Origin: Candidatus Eiseniibacteriota bacterium
GTDB taxonomy: Bacteria > Eisenbacteria > RBG-16-71-46
Assembly: GCA_963717505.1 (NCBI GenBank)
Contig: OY970342.1
Coordinates: 288,001 to 352,000, forward strand
Direction of reading: 5' to 3'
DNA: 64,000 nucleotides
The notes below the pieces were generated by a model. That model was given only the letters and a program-made list of their open reading frames with translations. It made no database searches and was not told where the DNA came from. The position numbers and the translations under genes were made by a program. This document shows, piece by piece, positions 1 through 11,186 of the stretch (within the stretch, counting starts at the first letter, position 1; each line of letters begins with the position of its first letter).

Positions 1-114
1 GTGATCTTCCGTGGCGAGCGCGTCTCGGGCGCGGCGATCGCCGGCACGGCGCTGGTGTTCACCGGCCTCGGACTGGGGATCGTCGCCGACCGAATGGTTT
101 CTGCTCGGCGATGA
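1..114 (+). CDS. 3' end of a probable EamA/DMT family transporter (partial, runs off window start)
   Basis: Frame 1 reads VIFRGERVSGAAIAGTALVFTGLGLGIVADRMVSARR* with TGA at 112-114. The GE-x-S...G..L...G pattern is typical of the last DMT helix. Confidence 0.6.
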   Translation: MIFRGERVSGAAIAGTALVFTGLGLGIVADRMVSARR

Positions 115-121
115 CCCCGAG

Positions 122-1132
122 CTATTCGAACGCGAACACGTGCTTCCAGTCGTCCTTCATGCTGACGACGATCCAGCCGCTGGCGGTGGCCTCGTCGAGC
201 GCCTTGTCCAGCTTGCCGATGTGCGAGTCGCGGTCATAGGCCCATTCGCGCTCGGCATCGGTGTGGTGGACGATCACGCCCAGTCGCGGCCCTGATCCCG
301 CGGTCGTCCACTGCAGCATCTGCAGATCTCCATCGGAGTTGCCGAAGGCCGCGATCGGCCGGCGTCCGATGAACGTCTGGATGCCGATCGCTTTCCCTTC
401 CTTGTCGTCGACGAACTGAACGTCGGGCAGCTTGACTAGCACCGGCTTGCCGTCGCGCATCTCGAACTTCAACTTGCCCTGGCTGCCGACCACCTGCTCG
501 GGCGGAATGCCGTAGACCGACTCGCTGAAGGCGCGCATGAATTCGACGCCGCCACCGGACACGATGAAGGTCTTGAAGCCGTTGGCGCGCAGGTAAGCCA
601 GCAGCTCGAGCATGGGTTGATAGACCATTTCGTCGTAACCGCGCCCGGTGTTGGGATGCTTGGCGTTACCCAGCCAACCCCCCACGGTCGATGCGAACTC
701 CTCGGTCGTCATCCCCGAGTGCGCGGCCGCCAACACCGCCATCAGCGACTTCTCGCCGCCGGCCATGAACGCCTTCATATCGCCGGCGAGCAGGTGGTTG
801 AACGGCTCCTTGGTTTTCCACTCGGGGTGCTGCGGCGCCATCGCCTTCACGCGGTCGAGCGCGAACTGGAACTGAAAGTAGACCGGCTGCTCGGCCCACA
901 GCGTGCCGTCGTTGTCGAAGGTGGCGATGCGCTCGGCTGGCGGCACGAAGTCCGGGCCCCCCTCGGTGGTCACGCGTGTGACGAACGCAGTGATCGCCTG
1001 CTTGGCGGCGCCGTCATTCCACGAGGCGAGCGGGTCGCCTGGAGCATCCGTCTGGGTGGTGGGCGAAGGACTCGCGCAGCCGAGCACCAAGGACAACAGC
1101 AGGCACGCCGCGAACGCGAAACTTCGGGCCAT
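122..1132 (-). CDS. HAD-superfamily hydrolase / nonspecific acid phosphatase-like lipoprotein
   Basis: Motifs FDNDGTLW, IVSGGG and FGNSDGD. Lipobox LVLGC. GAAAGGAG RBS precedes the ATG at 1132; the longer ORF-track start is an upstream extension. Confidence 0.85.
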   Translation of the reverse strand: MARSFAFAACLLLSLVLGCASPSPTTQTDAPGDPLASWNDGAAKQAITAFVTRVTTEGGPDFVPPAERIATFDNDGTLWAEQPVYFQFQFALDRVKAMAPQHPEWKTKEPFNHLLAGDMKAFMAGGEKSLMAVLAAAHSGMTTEEFASTVGGWLGNAKHPNTGRGYDEMVYQPMLELLAYLRANGFKTFIVSGGGVEFMRAFSESVYGIPPEQVVGSQGKLKFEMRDGKPVLVKLPDVQFVDDKEGKAIGIQTFIGRRPIAAFGNSDGDLQMLQWTTAGSGPRLGVIVHHTDAEREWAYDRDSHIGKLDKALDEATASGWIVVSMKDDWKHVFAFE

Positions 1133-1327
1133 GAGGTTGCTCCTTTCGAGATCAACCATGGTTGTGGGCTGCCCCGTGCGTTCACGCCTCGGCCCGGAAC
1201 TGCAAGGTGGGTTGGCGGTTGTGCGTCCGGGCGGGGCAGGCGCGCAGGATAGCATCCGACCCCCCGAGCGGGTAGAATCCCGCCCACTTTCCAACGACAC
1301 TGACCGGAAAACCACAGGAGCAGCCGG

Positions 1328-1936
1328 ATGAATCAGCCGCCGAGCAGCGATCCCAAAGAACCGCGACCACCGCAACGCAAGCCCATGCTGGACTTCGACG
1401 ATGAGGTCGAGGACAAGGGCAGCCCGTGGATGGCGGTGGGCATGATCGCCGCGATCGTGGTGATCGGCGCGTTCGTCGCGTTCGGCATTGTACAGCGCGG
1501 CAAGCAGGAAGCGAGCGAAGCCGCGGCCGCCGCCGAGCAGCACGAAGAAGAGTCGGCACCGCCCGATTCAGCGGCGTTGGATTCGCTGGCGCAAACCGCA
1601 AGGGCGGAGCGAGAGGCGAGAGAGGCCGAGGCGGCGAAGGCGGCCGCGGAGGCGGCGAAAGCCACCCAGCAGGCCGCCCAGCCGGTGGAGCCTGCAACGC
1701 CCGCAAAATTCGGAATCCAGGTCGGCAGCTACTTGTTCGAGGACAAGGCCAACGAGGTCCTGGCCGCACTGACCTCGTCGGCCTCGGTCGAGGGTAAGGT
1801 GGTTGCGGGCGACGATGGCAGCTTCGCGGTCGTGCTCGGTCCGTTCGACAGCCGGGGTGCTGCGGAAGCGAAGGGCACGTCGTTGCTCGAGTCGGGGGCG
1901 GTCACCGAGAGCCGAGTGGTGCCGATCAAGGAGTAG
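1328..1936 (+). CDS. SPOR domain-containing membrane-anchored protein
   Basis: Single TM helix, Ala/Glu-rich linker, C-terminal FGIQVGSY...AVVLGPFDSRGAAE SPOR pattern. Confidence 0.8.
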   Translation: MNQPPSSDPKEPRPPQRKPMLDFDDEVEDKGSPWMAVGMIAAIVVIGAFVAFGIVQRGKQEASEAAAAAEQHEEESAPPDSAALDSLAQTARAEREAREAEAAKAAAEAAKATQQAAQPVEPATPAKFGIQVGSYLFEDKANEVLAALTSSASVEGKVVAGDDGSFAVVLGPFDSRGAAEAKGTSLLESGAVTESRVVPIKE

Positions 1937-2025
1937 CGGCTGGGCATCAGCGAACCCGCCCGACAAAACCATTCGAGGCGCTGGCCTGTGGCCGGCGCCT
2001 CGATCGTTTCACCAACGCCGAACCG

Positions 2026-4829
2026 CTATCTCACGTAAAGCATCTTCCGCGTTGCGGAAAACGTCTCCAGCCCTTCAGCCGGTAGAAGTAGACCCCAGCT
2101 CCCGCGCCATCGCGCGTCCCTCCGAACGGCGCGCTGTGCTCCCCCGCCTCCTGCCATCCGTGGACCAGCGTCGCCACGCGCCGGCCACGCAGGTCGAAGA
2201 CTTCGAGGGTCACGTCCGACGCCACCGGCAGCGCGTAGCGGATCATCGTCCGGCCGCCGAAAGGATTCGGCGAGTTCTGGAAGAGCGCGAACGCCGACGG
2301 CTGGCCCGGCACGTTGGTGTTGTTGCTACCACGGCCGATCACGGTGACCTGCTGGGTCCCCAGGCCGGTCGCCACCACCGACAGCGTGGCCGTGTCGGGG
2401 CCGGCGGCGAGCGGGTGGTAGAAGACCGTTATCGTGTCGGCCTCGCCCGCAGGAATAGCCAACGCGGTGCGGCTGACCGAAAATTCGGTGTGGTTGCTGG
2501 TGATCGAGGTGATCGACAGCGTAGCCGTGCCTGGGTTCTCGAGGTGCAGGGTGTCGGCGAACGTGAGGCCGGGGATGACCACGCCCATATTGAGCGGGTT
2601 CGGGAACGCGGCGAAGGTCGGCGACAGGATCGTGAACGGGATGTCGCACACGTCGCTCGGGCTGCCGTCCCAGGCATCGCTGATCCGGAGTTCCGCTTCG
2701 TAGGTCGCGTCGCTGGGAATCGTCCAGTCGTAGCCACCGTGGTAACCGGGCACGTCGGCGACGAGTTGCCAGGGATCGGCCGCGCTCTTTCGATACTCGA
2801 TCCGGGCAATCGCGATGTTCTGGTGGCTCCAAACCACCGACCGCACCGACCCGGCAAGCCAGGACTCGCCGCCATTGGGCGAATTGACGTTCACGTACTG
2901 CGCCGAAACCGGCGTGTACGAATAGGTCGGCTTGAGCTTCCAGATTCCCGGTCCGGCTCCGGTTCCGACCAGGCTCTGGGTGGTCAGGATCAGCTCGCGA
3001 TCGCGCGCGTAGAGCCCGTAGTTGGAGCCCGAAACCGTCGAAGCGCCCTGCCAGGTCGAGCCCGCGTCGGTACTCAGGAAGAAGGTCTGGCCCGAGTACT
3101 GGCCGAACATGATCACGTTGGGATCGTCGCGCGCGATGTCGATCCCCCACGCCTGCGGCGAAGGCTGCACCTGCGTCCAGGTCGTGCCATGGTTGGTACT
3201 GCGCACCGTGCCGCCCCCGGCCCACTGCGTGCCGATGGCGACGCCCTTGTTCAGCCGACTGCAGGCCATTCCCGGCATCTCCGACGCGTCCTGCCCGCCC
3301 GGACCCGAGTACATGAGCTGGAACGTGAGCCCAGCGTTGGTCGACTTGTAGACCTGCGCCGGCGGATTGGTGCTGTTGGTGGTGCCGTCGCCGACCAGGA
3401 CGATCTCCGAGCTGTCGGGTACCACGATCAGGTCGCACGGACTGCGGAACGCGCTGTCGGTCGTCCACTCGGCCCAGGTAGACCCGAAGTTGGTCGATCG
3501 CCAGAGCGGCGCGTTGGCCGGTCCAAAGTAGAGTGTGTCGGGCCGGTCGGGGTGCATCTCGAGCGGGATGCCGTATTCGCCGTACGCCATGGTCAGCTGC
3601 GTCGACCAGGAGGCTCCGGCATTGGTCGAGCGCACGATCTGGCCATCGAGTCCGGCGACCGCGGCCACCCACAGGTTCGTATCCTTGGGCGACACCACGA
3701 ACGCATTGGCGCGGGAGGCACCCGGAACGGGTATTCCGACCGGAGACCACGTCTCGCCCTCGTCGAGGCTCTTGTAGGCCTGGGCGCCCAAGAGAGCGAA
3801 CAGCGTGCGCGGGTTCTGCGGATTGAGCGCGATGGTGCTGCCGCGAACCGTGGTCGCGAACGGGATCTCGAGCTTTTGCACGAAAGTGCGCGAGAAGGTC
3901 GCCAACATCGGCATGCCCCACAGGCTGCCGGCGTCCGCGGTGCGGAACACGACGCGATGGCGATCACTGCACAAGTAGAGTCGAGGGCCGAAGCCCGCGA
4001 GGGCACTCGGGCGCGCGAGCATCGTGTGCCGCTGGAACGTCCAGTTGGTGCCGCCGTTGACCGTTCGGCGCACGAACCCGCCGCCGCCCGCGACGTAGAC
4101 GTCGCTGGCCGAGACCACGCGCACGGCGCGCACGTCGGAACGCACGTCGAGCTTCAGGTTGACGTGCGACCAGTTGGCGCCGCCGTTGCTGCTCTTGAGG
4201 CAGGTGCCGAGGACGCCGCCGATCCAGATTTCGGTCCCCGCCTGGTCGATCGCGAGCAGATCGTTGGAGGTCGGGACCAGCGTCGGAGTCCAGTTGGCGC
4301 CGCCGTTGGTGGTGCGCAACACGGTGCCGCCGTCACCCACCGCCCAACCGTTCTGGGCGTCGGTGAAGCGCACGGCGCGCAGCGTGGTTGCGACCCCCGA
4401 GGTCTGTGCACTCCAGGTGACGCCGCCGTCGATCGACTTGCGAATCGTTCCGGAGGAACCCACGGCGTAGGCGGTCCCGAAGACCGGGATCGCGAGTGAT
4501 CGAAGGTCGGGGGCGCCGGCGAGATCCTGAGTCGACCAGGTGCCGCCGAAGTCGGTGGAGCGATAGACCCGCCCGCCGGCTCCGACCGCCAGGGCGACAA
4601 AGCCCGACGAAGCGATGCCGTAGAGCGGGAGTGGAGACGGCCCCGCGGTCAGACGCTGATAGCTGACCCCGGCGTCGGTGCTCAGGTAGATGGCGCTGCT
4701 GTCCCCCGCGGCCCAGACCGCCAGCCCGTCCGGGGTGAACACGGAGTGGAGGCCTTGGGCTGAGCCCAAGCTCGGTATGAGGGCGACTGCGAGGGAAACC
4801 AGGGCTGCGCGGGCGACGGTGCGGATCAT
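2026..4829 (-). CDS. Secreted Asp-box (BNR/Ycf48-like) beta-propeller protein with ASH/Ig-like domain and FlgD/T9SS-type C-terminal domain
   Basis: Signal peptide MIRTVARAALVSLAVALIPSLGSAQ, many S-x-D/N-x-G-x-T/S-W repeats, C-terminal QNSPNPF...VFDLRGRRV...GVYFYRL. Two extra bases in homopolymers (~2070 and ~2082) disturb the last codons; the corrected end is KAGDVSATRKMLYVR* with stop at 2026. Confidence 0.8.
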
Positions 4830-4855
4830 GGTTTCCTGAGCCGCCAACCGGCGGG

Positions 4856-7206
4856 CTAGGGATCGAGCGCGATGCGTGCGCGGGTTTCGATTTCGGCGAT
4901 TCCCACGCGCGGGTGTCCCAACATGTTTCCGGTGCTGCGGAGCGGCCGCACCTCGAGCGCATCGACGCGCGTGCCCCGCATGGGGATGCGGGTTCCGAGT
5001 GGCTTTAGCTCCTGGCGGACCGTCTCGGTTGCGACCGCCTGGCCGCCCCGGTAGAGGGCCACCTCGACTTCGCGCACGTTCAAGTCCGACTCCGGCCAAC
5101 TGCGGCGTAAAGCGTAGAGAATCAAGGTGTCTACTTCAATGGCCGTCTGCCATTCGAGCCGGATCCATTGGCCGGCGTTGGAATCCGCAATCCAGCCGAC
5201 CCGAGCCGGATTGCCCCGCGCACGGCGGTCCACGGCCGCCCGCTCCCCGGCCGTGCCGGCCGCAACGCTCGAGGCGGTGACCCGGGCCGAGGGCGAGGCG
5301 TTGAACCGCAAGGCCGTGGCGTAGTTGTCGGGGACCGGGAGCACGGAGTGTCCGCGGTGGCAGCCCACGCACTGGGTGCCGGCGCCGAACCGGGTGGCGT
5401 TCATTCCGGGCACGTGGGCGGGGCCGTCCTCGACGCGGAGGACCCTTCTTTCGCCCGGTTCGGGGGTCGACTCCTGACCCCGCCCCCCGCTCGACTCCCT
5501 TCCGTGGGCCGAAACCAGCTGCTCGAACATGGGCAGATCCGACGGCATGCTGTCTTCGTGGATGCCGCCGCCGGCCTGGACTTCGGCGTCGCGAACCAGC
5601 ACAGCGGTGTCGCCGCCGGCGTGGCCGGGCCGCGAGAGGGCGGCGAAGAACTGGATGCGCACGTCGCGCTCGAAGGGCGGCGCGTCGGGCGTCGGAAAAT
5701 CGATCGGTCCACTCTCGAACGTGTTCATGCAGTCGAAGCGGAACGAGGCGCCTGCCTGGTAGGCGTCGACCAGCGTGAGCGGCGGCTGGTCCATCGGCAG
5801 AGCGCTCGAGTAGGGACGGAACACCGGCGGGAGTTTGCGCGCGGCGAGGATCGCGGGGTCCAAGTCGTGCATGCCCGGCGTGTCGGCGATCAGCCAGTAG
5901 CCCTTGGGTCCGCTCGTTGCGGCGGCTTCGTCGTCTTCGTCGCCGAGCGCCGCGACGGACGCGAGGTAGATCCCGTAGTCGGGGATGCCCGTGCTCGTGA
6001 AAACGTCATAGCCTGTCCGGACGGCGACCGGCGCCATCGCCATCAGAATGCGGCGGTCGTTGACCGACACCGGTGCGCACGCGCGCATGGGCATTCGTCG
6101 ATCACGTACGCCTTCGCCGGCACCCAGCGTGCGGAGGAGAAACCACCGGGGAACACCTGGAGCCACGGCCAGCGGACCGCAGGCGTGAGCGATGGCGGAT
6201 CGGCGCGCACGCCGATCAGAGTTCCGTCGGCGAGCACACACGGCTGATACGCGATCGTCTCCTCGCGCACGCGGGGATTGCCGCCGGCCAGTTTGCCGCG
6301 ACCGCCGTCGGGGTTGATCGAGATCGCGTGCCACAGGTCGACGGGCTGGTGCGGGACCGCGTCGCCGGCATGGGTCGTGATGCCCGACGGAGTTCGTTCG
6401 CTGGCCAGGAAACGATTGGTCCAGCGACGGGCGAACACGATGTTCCCGGTGCGCGGGTCGACCGTCGGCTCCTCCGCGCCGTGCCGCTCCGACGTGATGC
6501 GCCGCATTCCGGAACCGTCGGCGCCGACCACGAACAAGTTGCTGGCTAGCCCGCCGTCGCCCGCGACCTGCGGGTAGCGCGTGCTGGCGAAGCAGATCGT
6601 GCCGTCCGGCAGCCAGGTCGGGTCGAAGTCGTCGTAGCGCGCGAAGCGATGCGCGTCGCGTCCCCAGCGCGACAGGTCGAGCGCGCGGTCACTGCGCGAC
6701 ACAGGACGCAGGTCGCGACCGCGGTCGTCGGTCATCCAGATCCGCCACGCACTGTCGGGCGCCAGAGTCGCGGCAAAGGCGACGCGCTTGCCGTCCCACG
6801 AAACTGCGGGATCGGCGATATCGAAGAACGGGTTCTCTTGCAGAAACGGCCGGACGTCGCCCTGGCGCGTGCGCAGGTAGAGCGCGCCGCCGACAGCCAG
6901 TGTGCGACCGAGGGGACCGAGACCGGGAATGATCGAGTCGCCGGGTGCGCGATTGCGCGACACGAAGACGATCGCCGGAACCTGCGGAATCCTGCCGCGG
7001 TAGCCACCCGACCACACGCCACCCGGACTCGACCCCGGTTTGGGCCTGATGATCGGCTCCGAAGTGTTGTCGAGCGACGAGGCCTGCGGTGCCCCCTTGG
7101 TGGTCGGCTCTTCTGCGCCGCTTCCAGGTCCGCCGGCGCACAGCGCGACGATACCGGCCGTCATCGCGAGTAGCACCGCCGATGGACCACGAAGCTGGCG
7201 AAGCAC
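4856..7206 (-). CDS. TolB-like beta-propeller plus HzsA-middle-domain-like c-type heme protein with C-terminal discoidin-like domain (one frameshift near 6095)
   Basis: ORF 6043..7359 has DPAVSWDG and DDFDPTWLPDG..FASTR. ORF 4856..6334 has MFEQL and GTQCVGCH. They join with one missing base (IDGMPMRACAPV). The GTG start is approximate. Confidence 0.65.
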
Positions 7207-7219
7207 GTGCGCGCCGCGG

Positions 7220-8749
7220 CTAGCGGACGATCGGAATGCGTCGCGAATGGGTTCCGCCACCGACTTCGAGCAGCGCAAAGTAGAGACCCGAGGGCACCAG
7301 TCGCTGCTCCTCGTCGAGGCCGTCCCAGACGACGCTGTTGGGGCCGGCGGGTGCGGCACCGTCCTCGAGGACCGTGCGTATGCGCGCGCCGGACATGTCG
7401 TAGATCACGAGCCGCACGCGCGAAACCTGGCCGAGCGTGAAGTCGAATGTCACCGGGCCAGCGGAGGGTGACGGGTAGGGCGAACGGAAGTCCACGCTCG
7501 GCGGCGGCGGCGGTGGCGGCGGAGTCGTGGTGGTGTCGGCGACGACGCGGCGAATCTCGCCGCCCTGGTGGCAATACCAGAGCGATCCGTCAGGACCCAT
7601 CGCCCAGTCGGAGACGTTCTGGAAGCCGGTCCCCCAGTTCTGCGCCGACGGCTGACCTGGCACGGCCGGCGCCAGGATCCAGCTGCCACCGCTGTTCACG
7701 AGACGGCGCATGACGCCCGCGAAGTAGTCGGTGTAGAACACACTGCCTTCGTACGCATTCGGCCACGGACGCGAGGCTGCGGCCGGCGAACGGTAGACAC
7801 CGGCGCTGATGATCGATCGCGCGCCGGTGGCGTCGCGATCCAGCTCGGCGATCGGCGCAATGGCCGGACCGACCAGCGGCGAGCCGTTGTCGAAAGGCAG
7901 GCTGCCCTCGAATCGAGGCCAGCCGAAGTTGCGGCCCGGCGCGTCAGCCCAGTCCAGCTCTTCGCGCGCGCTCTGGCCGACGTCGGCGATCCAGAGATCG
8001 CCGTTGGTCGGATCGACCTGGAAGCGGAACGGATTGCGCAGGCCCCACGCCCACAGCAGCCGCGCGTTGAGCCCGCCCGTGGTCGAGAACGGATTGCCGG
8101 GCGGCGTGATCAGGTCGCGGGCCGCCGATCCGGGTCCCGCCGGCAGACGCGACACGTCGAGTCTCAGGATCACGCCACGAAGACTGGTGGTGTCCTGTGC
8201 AGCGCGTGGCGTGGCGTCTTCACCGAGGCTCACGTACAAGTAACCGTCGGTGCCGAAGCGCACCGTGCCGCCATTGTGGTTGCTGGCGGCGTCGGGAATG
8301 TTGGTGATCAGATCGAAGCGCGATGACGCGGCGAAGCTCAGGTCGCCGTTGCCGCTGAAGTCGAGATCGCCCGACGCGGTGAAGCGCGAGATCCGAATCA
8401 CCGCGCCGGACGACGTCGCGTGGATGTAGATGTAGGGGCGCGACGGCCAGCCGGGGTCGATCGCGATGCCGAGCAAGCCGCGCTCGCCGCCGATCGACAC
8501 GCTGGGCACGGTCAGGGCCGGATCGGTCTGGGCGACACCGTTGCCGATCACGGTGCGCACCTGCGCGGTGAACTGCTCGATCACCAGCAGACGGCCGTCG
8601 GGCAGGAACGCCATCCCCACCGGGACGTCGAAGCCGGCAATCACCCGCTCGTCCACGAAACCATCCGGGATGTCGACCTGGGCCGCGGCCGGCAGTGAGC
8701 CGAACCCCACGATCCCTCCAACCGCGATGGCGACGAGCGTGCGATTCAA
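7220..8749 (-). CDS. PQQ-dependent sugar dehydrogenase (GSDH family) with FlgD-type C-terminal domain
   Basis: Motifs GERGLLGIA, NHNGG..FG.DGYLY and GLRNPFR. Pro-rich linker then PSP...IYDMSGARIR...WDG...SGLYF. GGAGG RBS precedes the TTG at 8749. Confidence 0.85.
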   Translation of the reverse strand: MNRTLVAIAVGGIVGFGSLPAAAQVDIPDGFVDERVIAGFDVPVGMAFLPDGRLLVIEQFTAQVRTVIGNGVAQTDPALTVPSVSIGGERGLLGIAIDPGWPSRPYIYIHATSSGAVIRISRFTASGDLDFSGNGDLSFAASSRFDLITNIPDAASNHNGGTVRFGTDGYLYVSLGEDATPRAAQDTTSLRGVILRLDVSRLPAGPGSAARDLITPPGNPFSTTGGLNARLLWAWGLRNPFRFQVDPTNGDLWIADVGQSAREELDWADAPGRNFGWPRFEGSLPFDNGSPLVGPAIAPIAELDRDATGARSIISAGVYRSPAAASRPWPNAYEGSVFYTDYFAGVMRRLVNSGGSWILAPAVPGQPSAQNWGTGFQNVSDWAMGPDGSLWYCHQGGEIRRVVADTTTTPPPPPPPPSVDFRSPYPSPSAGPVTFDFTLGQVSRVRLVIYDMSGARIRTVLEDGAAPAGPNSVVWDGLDEEQRLVPSGLYFALLEVGGGTHSRRIPIVR

Positions 8750-8990
8750 GCGTTTCCTCCTGGGCCTCGGTCCCGCGCAAGGGGGCGAAAAACGCAGGCG
8801 CACGAGCCACGTTACGACATTCGTCGAGGGGCGTCATCCGTCCGAACGCGAGCCGCGTAGAGGGTTCGAGCCGAGCCGCGCCGGCAAGGCGTCTTCTTCG
8901 CGCAGTTCGCGATGGACGGCACGGTGGTCAGCCGGCCCGGCCGGGTTTGCCATTGCGCGTGTCGAGCCGCCTGCGCATACTGCCGCCGTG

Positions 8991-9917
8991 ATGCGCCGCG
9001 AACCCGCTTGGGCCGTTCTACTTCTGACGCTGGCACTGGCCGGCTGCACGAGCCGGAAGGAGCCGGCCACGCCGCCCGCCCCGCTCACGCTCGAAGAACT
9101 CAAGAACGCGACCTATCGCGGCCTCGAGGGTCTCGACCCGATCAAGCTGATGCACGGCCGCTGGGAGGACACGCCGATCGAGGGTGGCGCGCCTCGCTCG
9201 GTGCAATTCGTGCGCGACTTCGTCCGGACCGGGGATCTCGACGGCGACGGCGCCGAAGACGCCGTGGTGTTGCTCGCCGAATCTTCGGGCGGCAGCGGCG
9301 ATTTCCTCCACCTCGCGGTGGTGACCCGCCGTGACACCGTAGCCGTGAACTCGGCCACGACGCTGATCGGCGACCGGGTCCAGGTGCGCTCGGCCACGAT
9401 CGACAGCAATCGCATCGTGCTCGAAGTGGTCCAGTCGGGAACCCTCGACCCCGCGTGTTGCCCGGGCGAGCTGGCGACGCGGACCTGGACCTACGACGGC
9501 GCGACGCTGCTCCCCGGCGAGGACGACGTCGTCACCGGCCGACTGGCGGTGGCGGTCCTGAACGGCTCGGAGTGGGTGCTACGCTGGTGGGACTTTCTCG
9601 AACCGGCGACTGAGGACGTGATCGTCACGATCACCTACCAGGAAGGCCGCGTCGCCGGCAGCAGCGGCTGCAACCAGTATTCGGCCCTGGCCAAGGACGG
9701 CGAGATGCCGGGCGATCTCACGCTCGGCCCCGCGATCGGAACCCGCATGGCCTGCCCGGGACCAGCAATGGAAGTCGAATCGCGCTATCTCAGGAATCTC
9801 GCCGCGGTGAAGAAGATCGGCTTCATGGCCACGTTGCTGGCGATCAGCTACGAGCTGGACGGCCAGTACCGAGTGATGCTGTTCGAGCGCCGCGAACCGA
9901 CCTTGGCCGGAAACTAG
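8991..9917 (+). CDS. META (HslJ-like) domain lipoprotein
   Basis: Lipobox LALAGC; C-terminal GSSGCNQY...TRMACP META pattern. Confidence 0.8.
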   Translation: MRREPAWAVLLLTLALAGCTSRKEPATPPAPLTLEELKNATYRGLEGLDPIKLMHGRWEDTPIEGGAPRSVQFVRDFVRTGDLDGDGAEDAVVLLAESSGGSGDFLHLAVVTRRDTVAVNSATTLIGDRVQVRSATIDSNRIVLEVVQSGTLDPACCPGELATRTWTYDGATLLPGEDDVVTGRLAVAVLNGSEWVLRWWDFLEPATEDVIVTITYQEGRVAGSSGCNQYSALAKDGEMPGDLTLGPAIGTRMACPGPAMEVESRYLRNLAAVKKIGFMATLLAISYELDGQYRVMLFERREPTLAGN

Positions 9918-9920
9918 CGC

Positions 9921-11183
9921 GTGCATCGCGGTTTGTCGGTGCGGATGCTCATCGGCCTGGCCGCGGGCATCCTGCTCGGCGTCGTCGCGCATCTGACCCT
10001 GCACGACACGCCGTTCCTCACCAACTTCGTCCGCTACGTCACGGACCCGGTCGGCAAGATCTTCCTGCGCCTGCTGTTCGTGCTGGTGATCCCGCTGATC
10101 GTGTCGGCGCTGGCGCTCGGCGTCGCCGGGGTCGGCGACATGAGCCGGCTCGGACGCATCGGGCTCAAGACGCTGGCATACACGGTGGTGGTCTCTGCGA
10201 TCGCCGTGCTGATCGGCGTGGCGCTGGTCAATCTGGTGCGACCGGGTGAGGGGCTCTCGCCCGAGATCAAGCAGCAATTGCTGGCGCGGCCGGCGGCGGC
10301 GCTGCCCGCAGCACCCAGCGCCGGCAACAGTGGTATGGACTTCGTGGTCGCCCTGGTGCCGATGAACGCGATCAAGGCGATGGCCGAGGGCGACATGCTC
10401 GCGGTCATGGTGTTCTCGCTGCTGCTCGGCATCGGGCTGACGCTGACCCGCACCGAGCCGGCCCGACGCCTCGAGGAAATGCTCCAGGGGCTCTACGACG
10501 TGGTCATGAAGCTGCTCGGATTGGTGATCCAGATGGCGCCGATCGCGGTCGCCTGCCTGTTGTTCACGCTGACCGCCAACCTCGGCTGGGGAGTTCTGCT
10601 CCAACTCGGCGCTTACGTGCTGGTGGTGGTCACCGCACTCGCGATCCAGCAGTTCGTCGTCTACTCGATAACCGTCTCTTGGCTCGGCGGCATGAACCCG
10701 ATCCACTTCTTCCGATCGATTCGCGAGGCGATGCTGACCGCGTTCTCGACCGCATCGAGCAACGCCACGCTGCCGACCTCGATTCACGTTGCCGAGCAGA
10801 ATTTGAAGCTGCCGCGCCACGTCAGCCGGTTCGTGCTGACCATCGGCTCGACCGCAAACCAGAATGGCACCGCGCTGTTCGAAGGCGTGACCGTGCTGTT
10901 CCTCGCCCAGTTCTACGGCATCGACCTGAGCTTCGCCCAGCAGCTGACCGTGGTGTTCATCTGCATCCTGGGCGGCATTGGCACCGCCGGCGTGCCGGCC
11001 GGATCGATCCCGGTCGTCATCATGATCCTCGGCATGGTCGGCGTTCCGGCCGAAGGCATCGGCATGATCCTCGGCGTCGACCGGTTCCTCGACATGTGTC
11101 GGACGACGCTCAACGTCACCGGCGACCTGGCGGCGGCGGTGGTGGTGTCGCGCGGCGAGGCGATCGAGCCCGAAGGGCTGTAA
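9921..11183 (+). CDS. Dicarboxylate/amino acid:cation symporter (DAACS, GltP-like)
   Basis: Motifs AFSTASSNATLP, TANQNGTALF, GTAGVP and DRFLDMCRTTLNVTGD. Confidence 0.93.
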   Translation: MHRGLSVRMLIGLAAGILLGVVAHLTLHDTPFLTNFVRYVTDPVGKIFLRLLFVLVIPLIVSALALGVAGVGDMSRLGRIGLKTLAYTVVVSAIAVLIGVALVNLVRPGEGLSPEIKQQLLARPAAALPAAPSAGNSGMDFVVALVPMNAIKAMAEGDMLAVMVFSLLLGIGLTLTRTEPARRLEEMLQGLYDVVMKLLGLVIQMAPIAVACLLFTLTANLGWGVLLQLGAYVLVVVTALAIQQFVVYSITVSWLGGMNPIHFFRSIREAMLTAFSTASSNATLPTSIHVAEQNLKLPRHVSRFVLTIGSTANQNGTALFEGVTVLFLAQFYGIDLSFAQQLTVVFICILGGIGTAGVPAGSIPVVIMILGMVGVPAEGIGMILGVDRFLDMCRTTLNVTGDLAAAVVVSRGEAIEPEGL

Positions 11184-11186
11184 CTG

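Noticed and set aside
4856-7206. True hydrazine synthase (anammox)
   Set aside because: No hzsB/hzsC neighbours, a single heme motif and a different C-terminal domain.
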